Assembly: GCF_018977255.1 (NCBI RefSeq)
Contig: NW_024704742.1
Coordinates: 77,068,001-77,132,000 of the forward strand
Origin: Callorhinchus milii
Lineage: Eukaryota
DNA length: 64,000 nucleotides
Direction: 5' to 3'
The notes under the pieces are model-generated. The model was not told where the DNA came from, did not search any database, and saw nothing but the letters and a program-made list of their open reading frames with translations. Shown here piece after piece: positions 1 to 12,410 of the stretch (position 1 is its first letter; each line of letters opens with the position of its first letter). A program made the position numbers and the translations under genes.

Positions 1-921
1 CTTGTCTCCCACTCCCTCCAAGCGCCCCTCCAATCGGGTTTCCGTGCTGCCCACAGCACGGAAACTGCTCTGGTCAAGGTCACAAACAACATCCTGACCA
101 TGTGTGACCAGGGCTCCCTGTGCTTCCTCATCCTCCTCGACCTCTCCGCCGCCTTTGACACCATAACCACTCAATCCTCCTCCACTACCTCTCCTCCCAC
201 CTCAACCTTCAAGGTTCTGTTCTTGACTGGTTCAGTTCCTACCTTTCACACCGCCTCCACTTCGTCGTGGCAAACAGCATCTCCTCCAGCCCCCGCATGT
301 CTCATGCAGTGTTCCTCAGGGCTCTATCCTCCGCCCCCTCCTCTTCACCCTCTACACACTCCCCCTTGGTGACATCATCCGCAGACATGGGGTAAATTTC
401 CACATGTATGCGGATGACACCCAACTCTACCTCTCTGCCTCCACCCTCAACTCCAGGACTACTGACGTTCTGACCGACTGCCTGTCTGACATCAAGTCCT
501 GGACGAGGGACAACTTTCTCCAACTCAACGTCAGCAAGACCAAGGCCCCCCTGATTGGCTCATGCCAGTGCCTCCGCACCTCAGGCGCTGGCAGCATCAG
601 CCTCCATGGCTGCACATTCAACCTCACTAGGCCTGTCAGGAACCTGGGTGTCTTGTTTGACCCTGAACTGTCCTTTCTCTCCCACATCTGTGCCATGACC
701 GGCACTGCCTACCACCTCCGCAACATTGCCAGACTCCGCCACTGCCTCACCCCTCAGGCTGCTGAAACCCTCATCCATTTGTCACCTCAAGGCTCGATTA
801 CAGGAACTTCCTCCTCATCGGCCTTCCCAACTCTTTCCTTCACGACCTGCAGATCATCCAAAACTCTGCAGCTCGTGTACTCTCACGCACCAGGTTCTGT
901 GACCCCATCACTCCCACCCTC
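1..921 (+). mobile_element. L2-clade LINE fragment (degenerate reverse transcriptase, C-terminal half)
   Basis: Frameshifted RT motifs in ORFs 100..372 and 404..970: [45 protein letters not shown]. Very similar copies at 24350-25080 (-) and 39003-40327 (+). Truncated by the window edge. Confidence 0.92.
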
Positions 922-1029
922 AGAAGCTGGGCAACACTTTAAACAATTCACATCAGATGTTGTACATTAAATTGCTAGTTCATTGCAAGTAACATAGAAT
1001 TTACTCTGAGTTGGTACTGTTTTTGCCTG

Positions 1030-1330
1030 GTCCTCACCTTTAAAGCCCTCCACAGTCTTGCTCCTTGCTACCGCTGTGACTTCCTAACCTCCTACCAACC
1101 TGTCCACTCCCTCCCCTCAACGGACTCCGGCCTGCTTCACATCTTCCGCCTTGCCCGCCACACCATCGGTGAGTGTGCCATCAGCCTCTCTGCTCCCACC
1201 CTCTGGAAATCCATCCACAGTCCCTCCCCCTCCCCACTCCCTTGCCTCCTTCAAGACTTGTCTCAAGACCCTCCTCTTTGACCGTGCAGTCAGTCAACCT
1301 CCTACCCCCACCCTCCCCATCCTCTACCCT
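1030..1330 (+). mobile_element. L2 LINE 3' fragment
   Basis: C-rich sequence (ctctggaa..., cttcaagacttgtctcaagaccctcctctttgaccgtgc) matches the 3' parts of the other L2 copies in the window. Confidence 0.75.
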
Positions 1331-1966
1331 GGTGTTGAGAGTGGGATGGTGAAGGTGAGAGCAATATGAGGATGATGCTCGTGCGGTGAGAGGGATGCTC
1401 TTGGTCCAGACCATTCAACTAAAAAAAGCAATGTTTTCTCCTGGATTTGTTATGCATGTGTGCAGAAACTGTGACACAACTGTGTACATTTTGGATATGT
1501 GGAAGATTTGAGACCTGTTTTTCCAATAATACTTTCAGCCTCCGGCCCTTTTTCCTGTGGTTTACCATCTGTTTAGTAGGCAGCTGAAATGTCAACATAT
1601 CACACCTTGCACAGATATATGCAAGGGAATGTCACCTGCAGTGGCAACAGCATTCAGGGGCAACGGGGAACAAAACATGTTCATTCTCCAACACCTTTCA
1701 GTTGACCGACAATTTGACCTATAATAAAGGAAACTTCTCCTGCCCGGTTTCAATGTGTCTACAAATCACAAAGCACTTTGCTCACAGACCGAGTCATCTC
1801 CAAATCACAAATTATACCCTTTTAATTATACATTCAGTTGTACATTTATTCAATTATGTAAAACCCGATTCTTCAAGTGGATATGCCTTTGGTACTTGCC
1901 ATTTACTCTGCTTTAATTCTTAGTAGTGTGACAAGAGTATATGCTTTCTGCACTGTTGTTTTGCAG

Positions 1967-2096
1967 TCTCGAACTCAAATGGTCTCGTATTGAAATGGCA
2001 TTGTCTGAGTATCAAGTTTGTGAAGATGGAGGAACGCTGTCGGTGAAAGTGGTGAGGACTGGGTACTCCATGGAATCATCTTTTATTGGTATAAAG
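1967..2096 (+). CDS. FREM1: FREM1 coding exon (start of Calx-beta domain)
   Basis: ttgcag| acceptor and AAG|gtaa donor. Encodes [43 protein letters not shown], recognisably FREM1. Upstream exons lie outside the window. Confidence 0.95.
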
Positions 2097-2117
2097 GTAA
2101 ACCTCACCTTATTTTTC

Positions 2118-2346
2118 GGAAGGACGTGGAAGAGCAGACCAGTCACTGGGGGCAGGGACTCTTCCCACTCAGCTCCTGTTAACCCCTGCAAGCCAAAGCC
2201 CTAGTTGGGTCTTAGCTGCACAAGCAGGGTGAAGCTTGCCAGACAGCAATATTAATGGCAAGCGATGCGGTTTTAGCTGGTTAGACCCAGTACTACCCCA
2301 ACACACACTCTGGGGTCCCCAGCCTTGGCTCTTGACAGCCTGCACC
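2118..2346 (+). repeat. Dispersed repeat; second copy at about 46320-46552 (probable 3' end of an RTE-like LINE)
   Basis: gcagaccagtcactgggg...ctcagctcctgttaaccc...gcttgccagacagcaatat...ttttagctggttagac...cacactctggggtcccc is present at both positions. Confidence 0.8.
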
Positions 2347-2702
2347 TTATACTCTTCAGAATTAGCTAAGCAGGGTACGTCTCTCCAGGAATAGATTGGA
2401 TGTTCCATTCCAAACATGGGAATTTCCATGGAGAGGTGGGATGTATGAAACTCTCTGTCGGATTTGCACAGTCTTAAGCATGGTGATTGGTTTCTGTATT
2501 TGTCAGACACCCGAATGACGAAAATAAATTGTATACTTCATGCATATTAAGTAACTTTCGAGATCACCCAATACCCTACCTTTCCACCCACTATCCCTAT
2601 TAGTCTATATGTAATCCCTCCTTAATCATGGCTTCCAGTTGCATTCCCTTTTCATTGTCCTATTCCTCAGTATCTTGACTATTTACTTTGTTTCCTTTTT
2701 AG

Positions 2703-2775
2703 GTTAATGACATTTCAGCTCGTGCCGGAAAGGATTTCACTCACAGTTCTGCCAACTTAATTCAGTTTGATCCAG
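2703..2775 (+). CDS. FREM1: FREM1 coding exon (Calx-beta)
   Basis: tttttag| ... CCAG|gtagg. Encodes VNDISARAGKDFTHSSANLIQFDP(G). 73 nt, phase-compatible with its neighbours. Absent from the ORF track. Confidence 0.95.
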
Positions 2776-2919
2776 GTAGGAAGTAGCTACAAAACATAAA
2801 GCACATGTGACTACATATGTCCGGTGTATCATAGACTGAATGCTGCAGGATTGCATCCCTGAGATTATAATAGTTGTGTAATCTACTATCTCTAGTGTCA
2901 GTTTGGCTCAGTAGGTGTC

Positions 2920-3260
2920 AGCCTGGTTTGGTTGGCAACACTGTTATCTCTGGCTCAAAAGGTAGTGGGTTGAAAATCCGGCATTGGGAACTTTGAGCTC
3001 ATGATCTACACTGATACTTCGGTGCAGTATTGGGGAGCATTGCGTTGTTGGAGGTGCCATCCCTCAGATGAGACATCAAAAAAGGTCACGTCTGCCTGTT
3101 CGGGTGGACCTTAAAGAAGCTATGACATTAATCAAAGAGGAAGGAGTTACCTGAGAGTTTTTGCTGACCAACAATAGTCCAGTTAAATTGGTCATTCACA
3201 TCTGGCTCTTTGGGGGTTTTGACAAATTGGCTGCCACGTTCACCTACAGATACAGTTAGA
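2920..3260 (+). mobile_element. Deu-domain SINE (SacSINE1/AmnSINE-like), old copy
   Basis: tRNA-like head followed by ggaggtgccatccctcagatgagacatc...ctgcctgttcgggtggac..aaag..., the same core as copies at 16258, 56660 and elsewhere. Confidence 0.7.
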
Positions 3261-4170
3261 GGGTACATGTGTTCAGCATTCATCCATAGAAGGAATTGGG
3301 GGTTCACACCCATGGGCTGTCTTTAGTGATGGGTTGGTTGGCTCTAGTGATGGGTTACCTTCAGTGATGGGCTGGCCTCATTAAGTATACATTATTTATC
3401 AATGTTGTGACAATTATCACCAGATTAATCACACATCTTAAATCACAAGATTCACCCTTTTAATGGGTTGCAGTTATAAACCTACTCCTATAATTGAGTA
3501 ACATTGTTATACAATTTTGAGTGAAATTGAAACCTAGCAATGTGAAGGTGAAAATGAGTACAGAATTCCTTGGAAGTGCCATCACTGGCAACATTTTGGA
3601 GGTGGGGAGGTGGCGGTTGACTGACGTACAGAATTCCCTGAAGAGCCAAGCTGACAAGTCCAGGAATGCTCAACTCCACGCTGCACATAATGGAAATGGA
3701 TTTATTGAATGAAGCTTGACATTGATTTGCACACACTTGAGAGAACCATTGTTGACTGCTTTTAGAAACCCTTCACGCCTGTGCAACAGATCCAGCAGAG
3801 GAAGAATCCTCTTCCAGCTTACCTAAAGCTCCATGTAAATGCAGATAACGGCAGATAATTAGCAGTCTGGAGCTTTGGGATTCATTACATTTATCAGAAA
3901 GAGAAGGGAGTTTCTCCGGGTGGCCAACAATCCGCAAAATAAAATTGATCATACACTTTTTATGGCTGTTTGTAGGACATTGCTGCACGCAAATTGACTA
4001 CTGTATTCATCCACAAAGCACACACTCGCTGTACTTTACAATATATCTTGTGAAACTCTTTAAGACTATGCCAAATGTAAGTATGATTATTTCTAAATCA
4101 ATCCAGCTTTGCGATGTACATTTCCCTGTAATCCTACTCCCACTGTTTTTTTTTGTCCGCTATTGTTCAG

Positions 4171-4320
4171 GCGTTTCAGTAAAGGGCTGGAACATCGTAA
4201 TTCTCAGAGATGCTCTGGAAGAAGAAAAGGAAACTTTTGAGGTCCTACTTGAGTCTCCAGTGAATGCAGTTCTTGGTGCAAAGACAAAAGCATTGGTCAA
4301 AGTCATTGATACCAGAGGAG
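4171..4320 (+). CDS. FREM1: FREM1 coding exon (end of Calx-beta)
   Basis: ttgttcag| ... GGAG|gtaac. Encodes (G)VSVKGWNIVILRDALEEEKETFEVLLESPVNAVLGAKTKALVKVIDTRG(G). 150 nt. Confidence 0.96.
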
Positions 4321-4397
4321 GTAACATCCAATGAGTAACTTATCATTATTACACAATTGAGAGGAGCAAGTTGCAATAATTTCTCAACAGATTTCTT

Positions 4398-4885
4398 CAT
4401 GTACTGTCCCGCACCAGGCTTCGCGACCACATCACTCCCACCCTCGTTCGCCTCCACTGGCTTCCCATCCCTCAGAGGATCGAATTCAAGATCCTCATCC
4501 TCATCTACAAGACCACTCACGGCCTTGCTCCCTCCTACCTCTCTGATCTACTATCCCCCTACCTACCTGCCCGAACCCTCCGTTCCTCTGGCTCCGGTCT
4601 GCTCCACATCCCCCGCCCCAACTGCCCTACCATCGGTGGAACTCCATCCCCCAGTGCCTTCGCCGCCTCCTCCCTTTTCGCCTTCAAGGCCGGTCTCAAG
4701 ACCTTTCTCTTTGACCGTGCCTTCAGCTCCCCTCTCGACTCTCTACCCCCTCCTTGCTCCCTCCCTTCCCTCCCCTCACCCTGACCATTTCCCCCCTGCT
4801 CGGGTCCTGACCCAACTGTACAGCGCCTTGGGACGTCCTCCCGACGTGAAAGGCGCTCTATAAAGGAAATCTTGTTGTTGTTGTT
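4398..4885 (+). mobile_element. L2 LINE 3' end with (TTG)n tail
   Basis: Encodes LHWLPIPQRIEFKILIL. Ends in agcgccttgggacgtcctccgacgtgaaaggcgctctataaa...(ttg)n. Confidence 0.9.
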
Positions 4886-5035
4886 CCAGTTATCGTTCTC
4901 AGTCTCTTCCTTTAAAAATGTCTTAATAAGAAATCCATTAAAAGCATTGTAAAATTGATCTGATAGTTTTCCTATCCTGCCCCAATCCTCTCTGACAGCC
5001 AATGTACTTCTGTGTCCTCTCTGTATCGCACACAG

Positions 5036-5256
5036 GCCGCTGTAGAAATGAGGAGCACTCACCAGTGTTCAGAGATGGAATAAATCCTGCTTTCAGGTCT
5101 TTGACACATCGTGTCCACGGCTCTGTCCGTGTTGAAGAAATTCCAAACTCCCAGCCACGAGCAGAGGGGAACCAGTCCCGTGGGGATGTACCACAGGAGC
5201 TGCCGTCACAACGAACTTCCAAGAGCAGACTCCGGGCCATTGGAAACGGCAGAATG
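5036..5256 (+). CDS. FREM1: FREM1 coding exon containing the RGD motif
   Basis: cacacag| ... ATG|gtggga. Encodes (G)RCRNEEH...GNQSRGDVPQ...RLRAIGNGRM. 221 nt, phase-compatible. Confidence 0.9.
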
Positions 5257-5889
5257 GTGGGACATGAATCAAAGTGATAACATCATTCGCGAATGGAATT
5301 TAAACAGTAAAAGTATTTAATTGAGAGTTTAGTGGCCAATTGGCTGCCTGGTGTAACACCAGGATTTGCAGACCAGAACGATAAAAGTTCAAATCCATGA
5401 CCGTGCTGAGTTAATTCATCTCAACCAGAGCAGCAGGAAGAGTGCTACAATAAACCTCAGTGTCCAGGGCTAAGGGGGAGGGGGATTCAACAACAACAAC
5501 TTGCTTATATAGCGACCCTCACACGGGGTAGCAAATCAACTGGGAATAAAACCAGCCCCTCTCCTCACTGCTTAAAACAAAACTTGGCACCAATGTTGAA
5601 TCTTCAGCACTTATGAGTATCCAAATGGGAGAGTGGGGGAGTTGGGGGTGGGAGTGGAATTCTAAACACATTTTCTGCACTTGTTAGAATGTTTACCACC
5701 AGTCACACACATCACATCACACACCAGGTTTTCCACCTTCCCTTTATTTCAGATTTGCAACATTTACATTTGTTTTGCTAAGTTATTCAAAAGGCTGTTT
5801 TGGGAACCCCGAGAGGTTCAGAAGAGGCCTTTGCGCTGTGTCCAACTACTGTTCCAAAATAGTAAATCTGCTTTGTCTCTTTGTATTAG

Positions 5890-5937
5890 ATACGACCATC
5901 ATCAACATACAGGAATGGGACTGATCTCATATTCACG
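5890..5937 (+). CDS. FREM1: FREM1 48-nt coding exon
   Basis: ttgtattag| ... ACG|gtgag. Encodes IRPSSTYRNGTDLIFT, matching the vertebrate FREM1 motif RPSS-YRNGTD. Confidence 0.93.
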
Positions 5938-8059
5938 GTGAGTCGTTTAGCTCTCCACAGAAATTAATTTATATTGTCTTTTGCTTCATACTGTAACAAA
6001 CTAACAACAAAAAATAATTCCACACTGGGGGAGGCGTGTAATCCCAAGGTCAGTAAATTACTGGCATGTTATTATGTTACAGCACAGAATGGCAATGACA
6101 ATAGCTTTACCAAATAGTGGAACTTCACCTCCTCAAAATGTTTTCCAGGGTGATTTTGGGTTTGTGGAGAGATATTACGTGAGGCTGCTGAATAATTGCA
6201 GTGTTTAAAAACATAGATTGTGTGTGAATTGTTTTTTGAACGTCTGAAGCAGAGATGCCAAGCCACATTTTATTATCTGCCGTAATGCTTTGGCTTTGTT
6301 CCAGATTGTTATGAAGAGATGTGCATTCTCTCTGTGTTACTATTTTTAAAGACCCAGGCACAATCAGGTCACATCCAAGAGTAAGCTAAAATAATAATAA
6401 TCGATGCATTTTATATCAGGCCTTATCACATTGTTGAGACATCTCAAAGTGCTTCACAGAAGTGAAACGCACAGGTGAAACTGTGCTCTGTATAGAGAAG
6501 ATGTTTCAGCGCCTTGAGACATCCTCCCAACGTGAAAGGTGCTATACAAATGTAACTTTGTTGTTGTTGTTGTTGATGGTTTGTACAGACAATTAATCCA
6601 TGATCACTTTTTATATCCAGAAACTTGCATGAAAGCTTGTGTGCTGTGAGCTACAATTTGAGAATCATTGATGATGTGATCACCTGTGTTTTATTCCAAG
6701 CCTCAAATGAAAATATTCAATTTTTGAAAATAAATTTGGTGTGGTTAATTACTTTTCTAATATTCTCTCCATTGGTATATGCCTCTCTCTCTGCTTGTGC
6801 TCCCGAGCCTCTGCTTGTTGGAGTATGGTTCCAGCAGCACTGGCTGCTCTGCAGTGCCCTGCCCAAGAAACCATTGGTCATGTGTGAGCCTTGTCAGTCA
6901 GTATCAGAAGGCCACTCAACTCTAGTGGGCATCACAGTAGACCTGACCACCCAACCCCAACTGCTACACATGCGCACAACCAGTAGAGTGTGCTGTTGTT
7001 AATATGATCGAACATGACACAACCAGTGTCAACCTTCAATCATGTGCTGTAGAGGGTACAACAACAACAACTTGCATTTATATAGAGCCCTACAAGTGGA
7101 GGCTCGGGACCACGAGCAAAGAGGCACAGGCCAATGGAGAGAATATTAGAAAAATAATGCATCTCACTAAATGATGCTGTCGAGGGTACAAAAAGGCTGG
7201 GGCCATTTTATAATCAACCCAGGCAGCCCCAGCTGAGACCAACAAACTCAGCACGGACCAGAATTTGAACCAGTGAGCTTTTTGTCCTGAAGCTGCAGCT
7301 GTATCCACTGTACCATTGGGGCGTCATTTTAACTTGCGTGAAAACAGTGCTTTGTGGGGAAAATGTGAGAGTTAATAACCAATTCAGTAACCTTTTTAAT
7401 AACTATCAAATATATTATAGAACTTCACGCTTTACACCTTCTAACATTGATTCACGTAGTGATAGTTCTGTCAAGGAACCACATTTTCATTTGAGGCTTG
7501 GCAAAAATACAGATAATCACATTGTCAACCGTAGAAACTAAAGTATCCTACAAACATCAATGAGACAAGGACCAAATTTATTCTATTTTGGTGAATTTGG
7601 ACGTGAGAGGAACAGCGATCAAATAGTTCAATGGGATCTTTAACATCTGGCTGATACCATTGCAACAAATAACTAGGATTTTGTTTCAAAGTCCCATCCA
7701 AAGGATGGTACCTGTTAAAAGAAGGTTCACAGAAGAGCGGGGCCAATATTCTTTCTTCATTACCCATCACATTAGTTGACATTCGTCTGTCTACCTCTTG
7801 ACCACACTTTCGGTCATCTTACCTCTCCCTACTCCCAGCTTGGTTGGTTGCCCAGGGAGTACTGTTAAGCACTTCAGGACATCCTCCCAATGTGAAAGGT
7901 GATACATAAATAAATGTCAATCGGATTGTGCAGAGCAGTTCAACAAAATGTGAAGCACTTTGAAATGTTGAAACACAAAATCAAAAGCAAGTTTTCTGAT
8001 ACAAGTGAGAGACTGAATGAATATTGTGGTTTTTTGGTAGATAAAATTTGATAATGACT

Positions 8060-8497
8060 AATAATAAATAATCATATTTGCATTTGATATAGTGCCTTAT
8101 CATGTTGTCGTGACATCTCAAAGCGCTTCACTGGATTTTACTGTGAGTGCAGTGACTGTGTAGGTGAATCCAACAGCCAATTTGCATATAGCAATGTCCC
8201 ACAAACAGCTATGAAGTGAGTAAATGATTTTATATGGGGGATTGTTGGCCAGGGCCAGAACACCAAGAGAAACTCCATTTTCTTTTTGAATAGTACCATG
8301 GAATCTTTGACATCTACTAAAACTGCCAGACAGGACCTAAATGTAATATCTAATCTGAAGGATGGCACCTGCAACAATGCAGCACATCCGCAGTAGTGCA
8401 GTGGAATCTCAGCCTAGACTGTGAATTCAAAGTCCCAACGTGAGGCTTGAACCCACAAGCTTCTGACTCAGGAGAGGGTGCTACCAACTGAGCCAGG
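8060..8497 (-). mobile_element. Deu-domain SINE (SacSINE1-like), near full length
   Basis: Reverse complement reads ggctcagttggtagcaccctctcctgagtcagaagcttgtgggttcaag, then the Deu core, then an L2-like tail and (ATT)n. Confidence 0.8.
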
Positions 8498-8916
8498 CTG
8501 AAACTCTGTAGATGATTATAGCTGGCAATAAATAATGTTTCACCATTAAAAAAATAAAACATATAGGAAGTACTTAATCCTGCTTATATATATTGAAAAA
8601 GAGAAAAGTTTCTCTGGTATCCTGGTCAACAATTTCCAAGATAAAATTGTTCATTCTCTTCATGGCTGCTTTGGGGTACATTGCTGTATGCAATTTGGCT
8701 GCCATGTTTGCCTACAAAATATACATTTTACATTTTACAGTGGATCCTGTGAAGCTCTTTGAGGTGTTTCAATAATGTGATAAATCACTATATTAAATGC
8801 AAAGATTATTTATCATTATATTTTGATTCAAACAAATATTATAAATCCTTGTTTTTATTGTGTCCTATAATATTACTAACTCATGCTTTTGCTGAATACT
8901 TTCATTATTTCCCTAG

Positions 8917-9093
8917 TACCATGGATTAATGTCGCTGAGGGTCGAGGATGACACCGCTCCTTTTACCTCCAATAAAAGAGCAAAAGTGCTGGTCACCAGC
9001 CGAGGACAGCAACATTTTCCTGGAGAGCCAGAACTTCCACAGGCTGACAAAGCAGCAGCAACGCAACAGTCTCGCATTCTGACGGGAAAGCAG
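8917..9093 (+). CDS. FREM1: FREM1 coding exon
   Basis: tttccctag| ... CAG|gtggga. Encodes YHGLMSLRVEDDTAPFTSNKRAKVLV...ELPQADK...GKQ. 177 nt. Confidence 0.93.
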
Positions 9094-10589
9094 GTGGGAT
9101 TTTTGACAGCAAGAAATGACCAAAACAAATCTCCATCCATCATTCCCTGACCTCACTAATAGAACTAAGATTTTGGGGTGACTTAGTTGATTGGTGCATG
9201 CCTTGTGTTATATGATGCTGAACCAAACTAATATGAGGAACACACAATTCCTGGTTAGGGACTATTGCAAAGAATGCTATATGCCTCTAGCGTTGGGGTG
9301 GGATTCCCTTTGCATTCCTGTCCACTATTCAGAGATGACTGCTTTACAAGTTCACATGTGAAGATTGGGTGGGGCAATATTGGGATCAGCTATAATGTTC
9401 CTTTGATTAAATAACATGTTGACAATCAGTTTTGAGGCTTACATGTAAAAATGGCGACTGGGGCAGGTACCAGCAAACTTCCCTCTCAAGTTCCCCTCCC
9501 ACCTTTTCCCACTCTAGTTTCCCAAGTCCAGTTCTTAGCATTGGATTCAGTCAGAGAACGCAGGTGCAGTTCTAGATGTCCTTAAGGGGTATTGTTTGCA
9601 TAAAAAGTGTTTGGCAAAACTTTTTTTGTCAAGTGATTCACTTTTGAAATGATGGCAGGATGCTCTTTTGTTAAGACTGATGTCATTGAATGGTGTATTT
9701 GTAAAGAAAAGCTGAGGTCTGCTGAAGATGACTTCATGTTGACAGGGTGGCTGAAAGTGCTCTTTTGCTCTTGTCTGATTTTTTTTCTCTCGTCAATGAT
9801 AGAGGTGGCCTGATGCAAATTGCCATTATTTCTGTCACAGCCTGAAACCTGCCATACAAATATGATGGTGCTTCTGTTACTTCTGCTGTGGGTTGGATAG
9901 CAATTTGTCACTTAATATGCCCTATAAATCAGGGCTGAGCCTAAGCAAATTGTGCTGAAGACCTACTCCTACTAGTATGGTAATGTAATTTGCACTTACT
10001 GGAACATGAACACAATGAGGGTGAATCAAACTGGGCCTGGAGTCCTTTCGCCCCTTGAATAACCCAAGAACTTTGAATAGGCAGATATTTTTTAATCACA
10101 TGAGATCAACAACGACAACAAAATTATATTTAGAAGATCATAAGAGAAGTTCGGATCCAAAAGGCCCTTCGGTCCATTTGATCTCATCCACCCTATTATT
10201 GCCCCACAACAGCATCAAGCTGTTTATTAAATGTGCCCTGGTGTGATTGATCAACGTATCAACGTATCAATGATCTATTTGCTGGACCAGGTCTTTGAAT
10301 AATATTAAAAAAGGAACATTTTTCTGTGGCATGCACAACGCCCTCTCACTTCCAGCAGGAACCAAGAACCCAGATATATTTCCTGCTCCATGTCCCATCA
10401 CAAGTAAACTCTACCCTGTGTGTGAAGTACTGTTCCAAGCAGCATATATGCAAAACTCCAATGTTGGGTGGTAGTTAGGTAAGTATCAGGTAGTTAGTTA
10501 GATGTTGAAAATGTTACCAGCTCTTCAGTCCTCCTAATCCTTCTTCTCAGAGAAAGCCTTGAAAAAACTGACACTCGTTTTGCTTCTAG

Positions 10590-10721
10590 GCTTATTCTGC
10601 TGCAGCTTTTACGAAGCGCTGCACTCCAGAACTCCAAGGCCTCTTGTACTTTGACCAAAGTGCTCAGAAGCTGCTGAGATGTGATGGAATTGCATGGAAA
10701 CCATGGAACCCAACCACTGAG
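10590..10721 (+). CDS. FREM1: FREM1 coding exon
   Basis: gcttctag| ... GAG|gtatg. Encodes AYSAAAFTKRCTPELQGLLYFDQSAQKLLRCDGIAWKPWNPTTE. 132 nt. Absent from the ORF track. Confidence 0.92.
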
Positions 10722-12098
10722 GTATGTTGAAGAGCACCGAGTACTGCATTTGAAACAAAAGGCAATGAAAAATGTGCCATGAGATCTGATGATTTCCATA
10801 TTGTGGAACATTCTGCTCCTGATGTCCTAGCCATTAATTGCCACAGAGGAACAACTCTTCCTCTCCTACTCCCAACTTTGTTCATATTATTTTATCTAAA
10901 AGTCACTTGCTGCACCCAATGACCAACAGTGACTTTGACCTAAGCAGATCCCAGCATTTCAATGTTGTTTCCCGTACTGCCTTAACTCAACTTGAAAGTA
11001 TTCCCCGAATCTCACTGAGCCAGAAAATCATAATAAACTTGTGAGGGTCTGGGGAGGAAATAGGTTGGAGTATGTACAGCATCACAGACAGGTTGGGCTG
11101 AATTGTCTGTTTTCTTATTGTAATGCTCTATGTAATTCCATGTGCAACTTTTTTATATATTGATGGGCCAAAGGTAGGAAGCAATAAAGATAAATAAACA
11201 GAGCTTGTCTGATGTGTAGTTGCACTACCTGATAATTAATCGTGGCTGCTATTACACATTAACTACAATGAGCACTCAATGCAGGCTGATCATTTAAGAC
11301 AGAAAGAAGAGATGGGACGAGAAGGTAGAAGGAGTGGAAGAGGTGGAAGGGAACTTTGAGTATCTAGGCTTGTTCAATATAGTGCTGGGTAATACTGCAT
11401 TGCAAGAGATGGCATCCTGTTAAACTACAGTCGGTCTGCCTGTTCAGGTGGACATTAAAGATCCCATGGCACAATTTAAAAAAAGAAGGGCGTTTCTCCC
11501 AGGGTCCTAGCCAACAGTCCTCCAGATAAAATTGTTCATTTGCGTCATTGGCTATTTGTAGGAGAAGCTTTTAAGTGCATGCATCCTGAAATCTGCCTCA
11601 TTACAATGGCAGTTCTGGAAATCATGCGCTATGAGATATGCTCTCAAGTACAGCAGTTCCAGAACTGCCACATGTATTTGGCAAATTGAGGTTTTAAAAA
11701 TTAAGTACAGGTGATAATTGCTTTTACAGATTGCTTTCACTGGAAATAAAAGTTATTTATCAGTAAAAACAACTTTAATGATCCTTAAAAATTCCCTCCC
11801 CAACAAGTTATTCCATAAATACTCATAGCTGCACCTTCCTCTCAGTAACTCCATAGCTAATATGCGACCAATTAATGTGCTAATAATGACCTGCTTTCAA
11901 GGTCACTTTCCTAGAATAATGTAGATGAGGGCAAAGTCATTTCTGGGTTGTAACAACTGACAGGAACGTATCAAGTCAGAGCAACATGACAATAGTACTA
12001 TATATTTGAAGCAATCTGATATATGCCTCTATCTAGAAAGAGTGTTGGCTTCCTTTCAAAAAACAGTAAACTTCCATAAAATATGTTTGAATTTGCAG

Positions 12099-12214
12099 GA
12101 GATCAGTGCCAAAAAGTGTCCACCTGGATGGAGTTATCATGAGAATCACTGCTATTATCTGAGTAGTGAGCATAAAGCAACATGGACTGGAGCAGCTCGA
12201 GCCTGCAAGGAAAT
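12099..12214 (+). CDS. FREM1: FREM1 coding exon (C-type lectin domain start)
   Basis: tttgcag| ... AT|gtaag. Encodes EISAKKCPPGWSYHENHCYYLSSEHKATWTGAARACKE. Confidence 0.96.
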
Positions 12215-12410
12215 GTAAGCTTTATTGTGGACGGTTGTTTGTGGTATTAAAGTAATTGGACTGAGAAGTCACAACATCACAACAATGATTCAGATTAAGA
12301 ATATCCTTCGGCCCATATGATCCATTCCTTCCAGAAAAACGCACCCAAAAGTTGCTTTATTTTAAACGAGTCCTGTTCTGAGGTTGCCCTTTGCATCTCT
12401 AATCCTATGT

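Noticed and set aside
404..970. Reverse transcriptase ORF as an active element or novel RT system
   Set aside because: Ordinary frameshifted, truncated L2 LINE fragment. No RT copy in the window is intact.
3521..3850. Short intronic ORF-like sequence (MSTEFLGSAITGNILE...) as an extra FREM1 exon
   Set aside because: Flanking exons already join in frame within the Calx-beta domain, and I see no convincing splice pair or recognisable homology.
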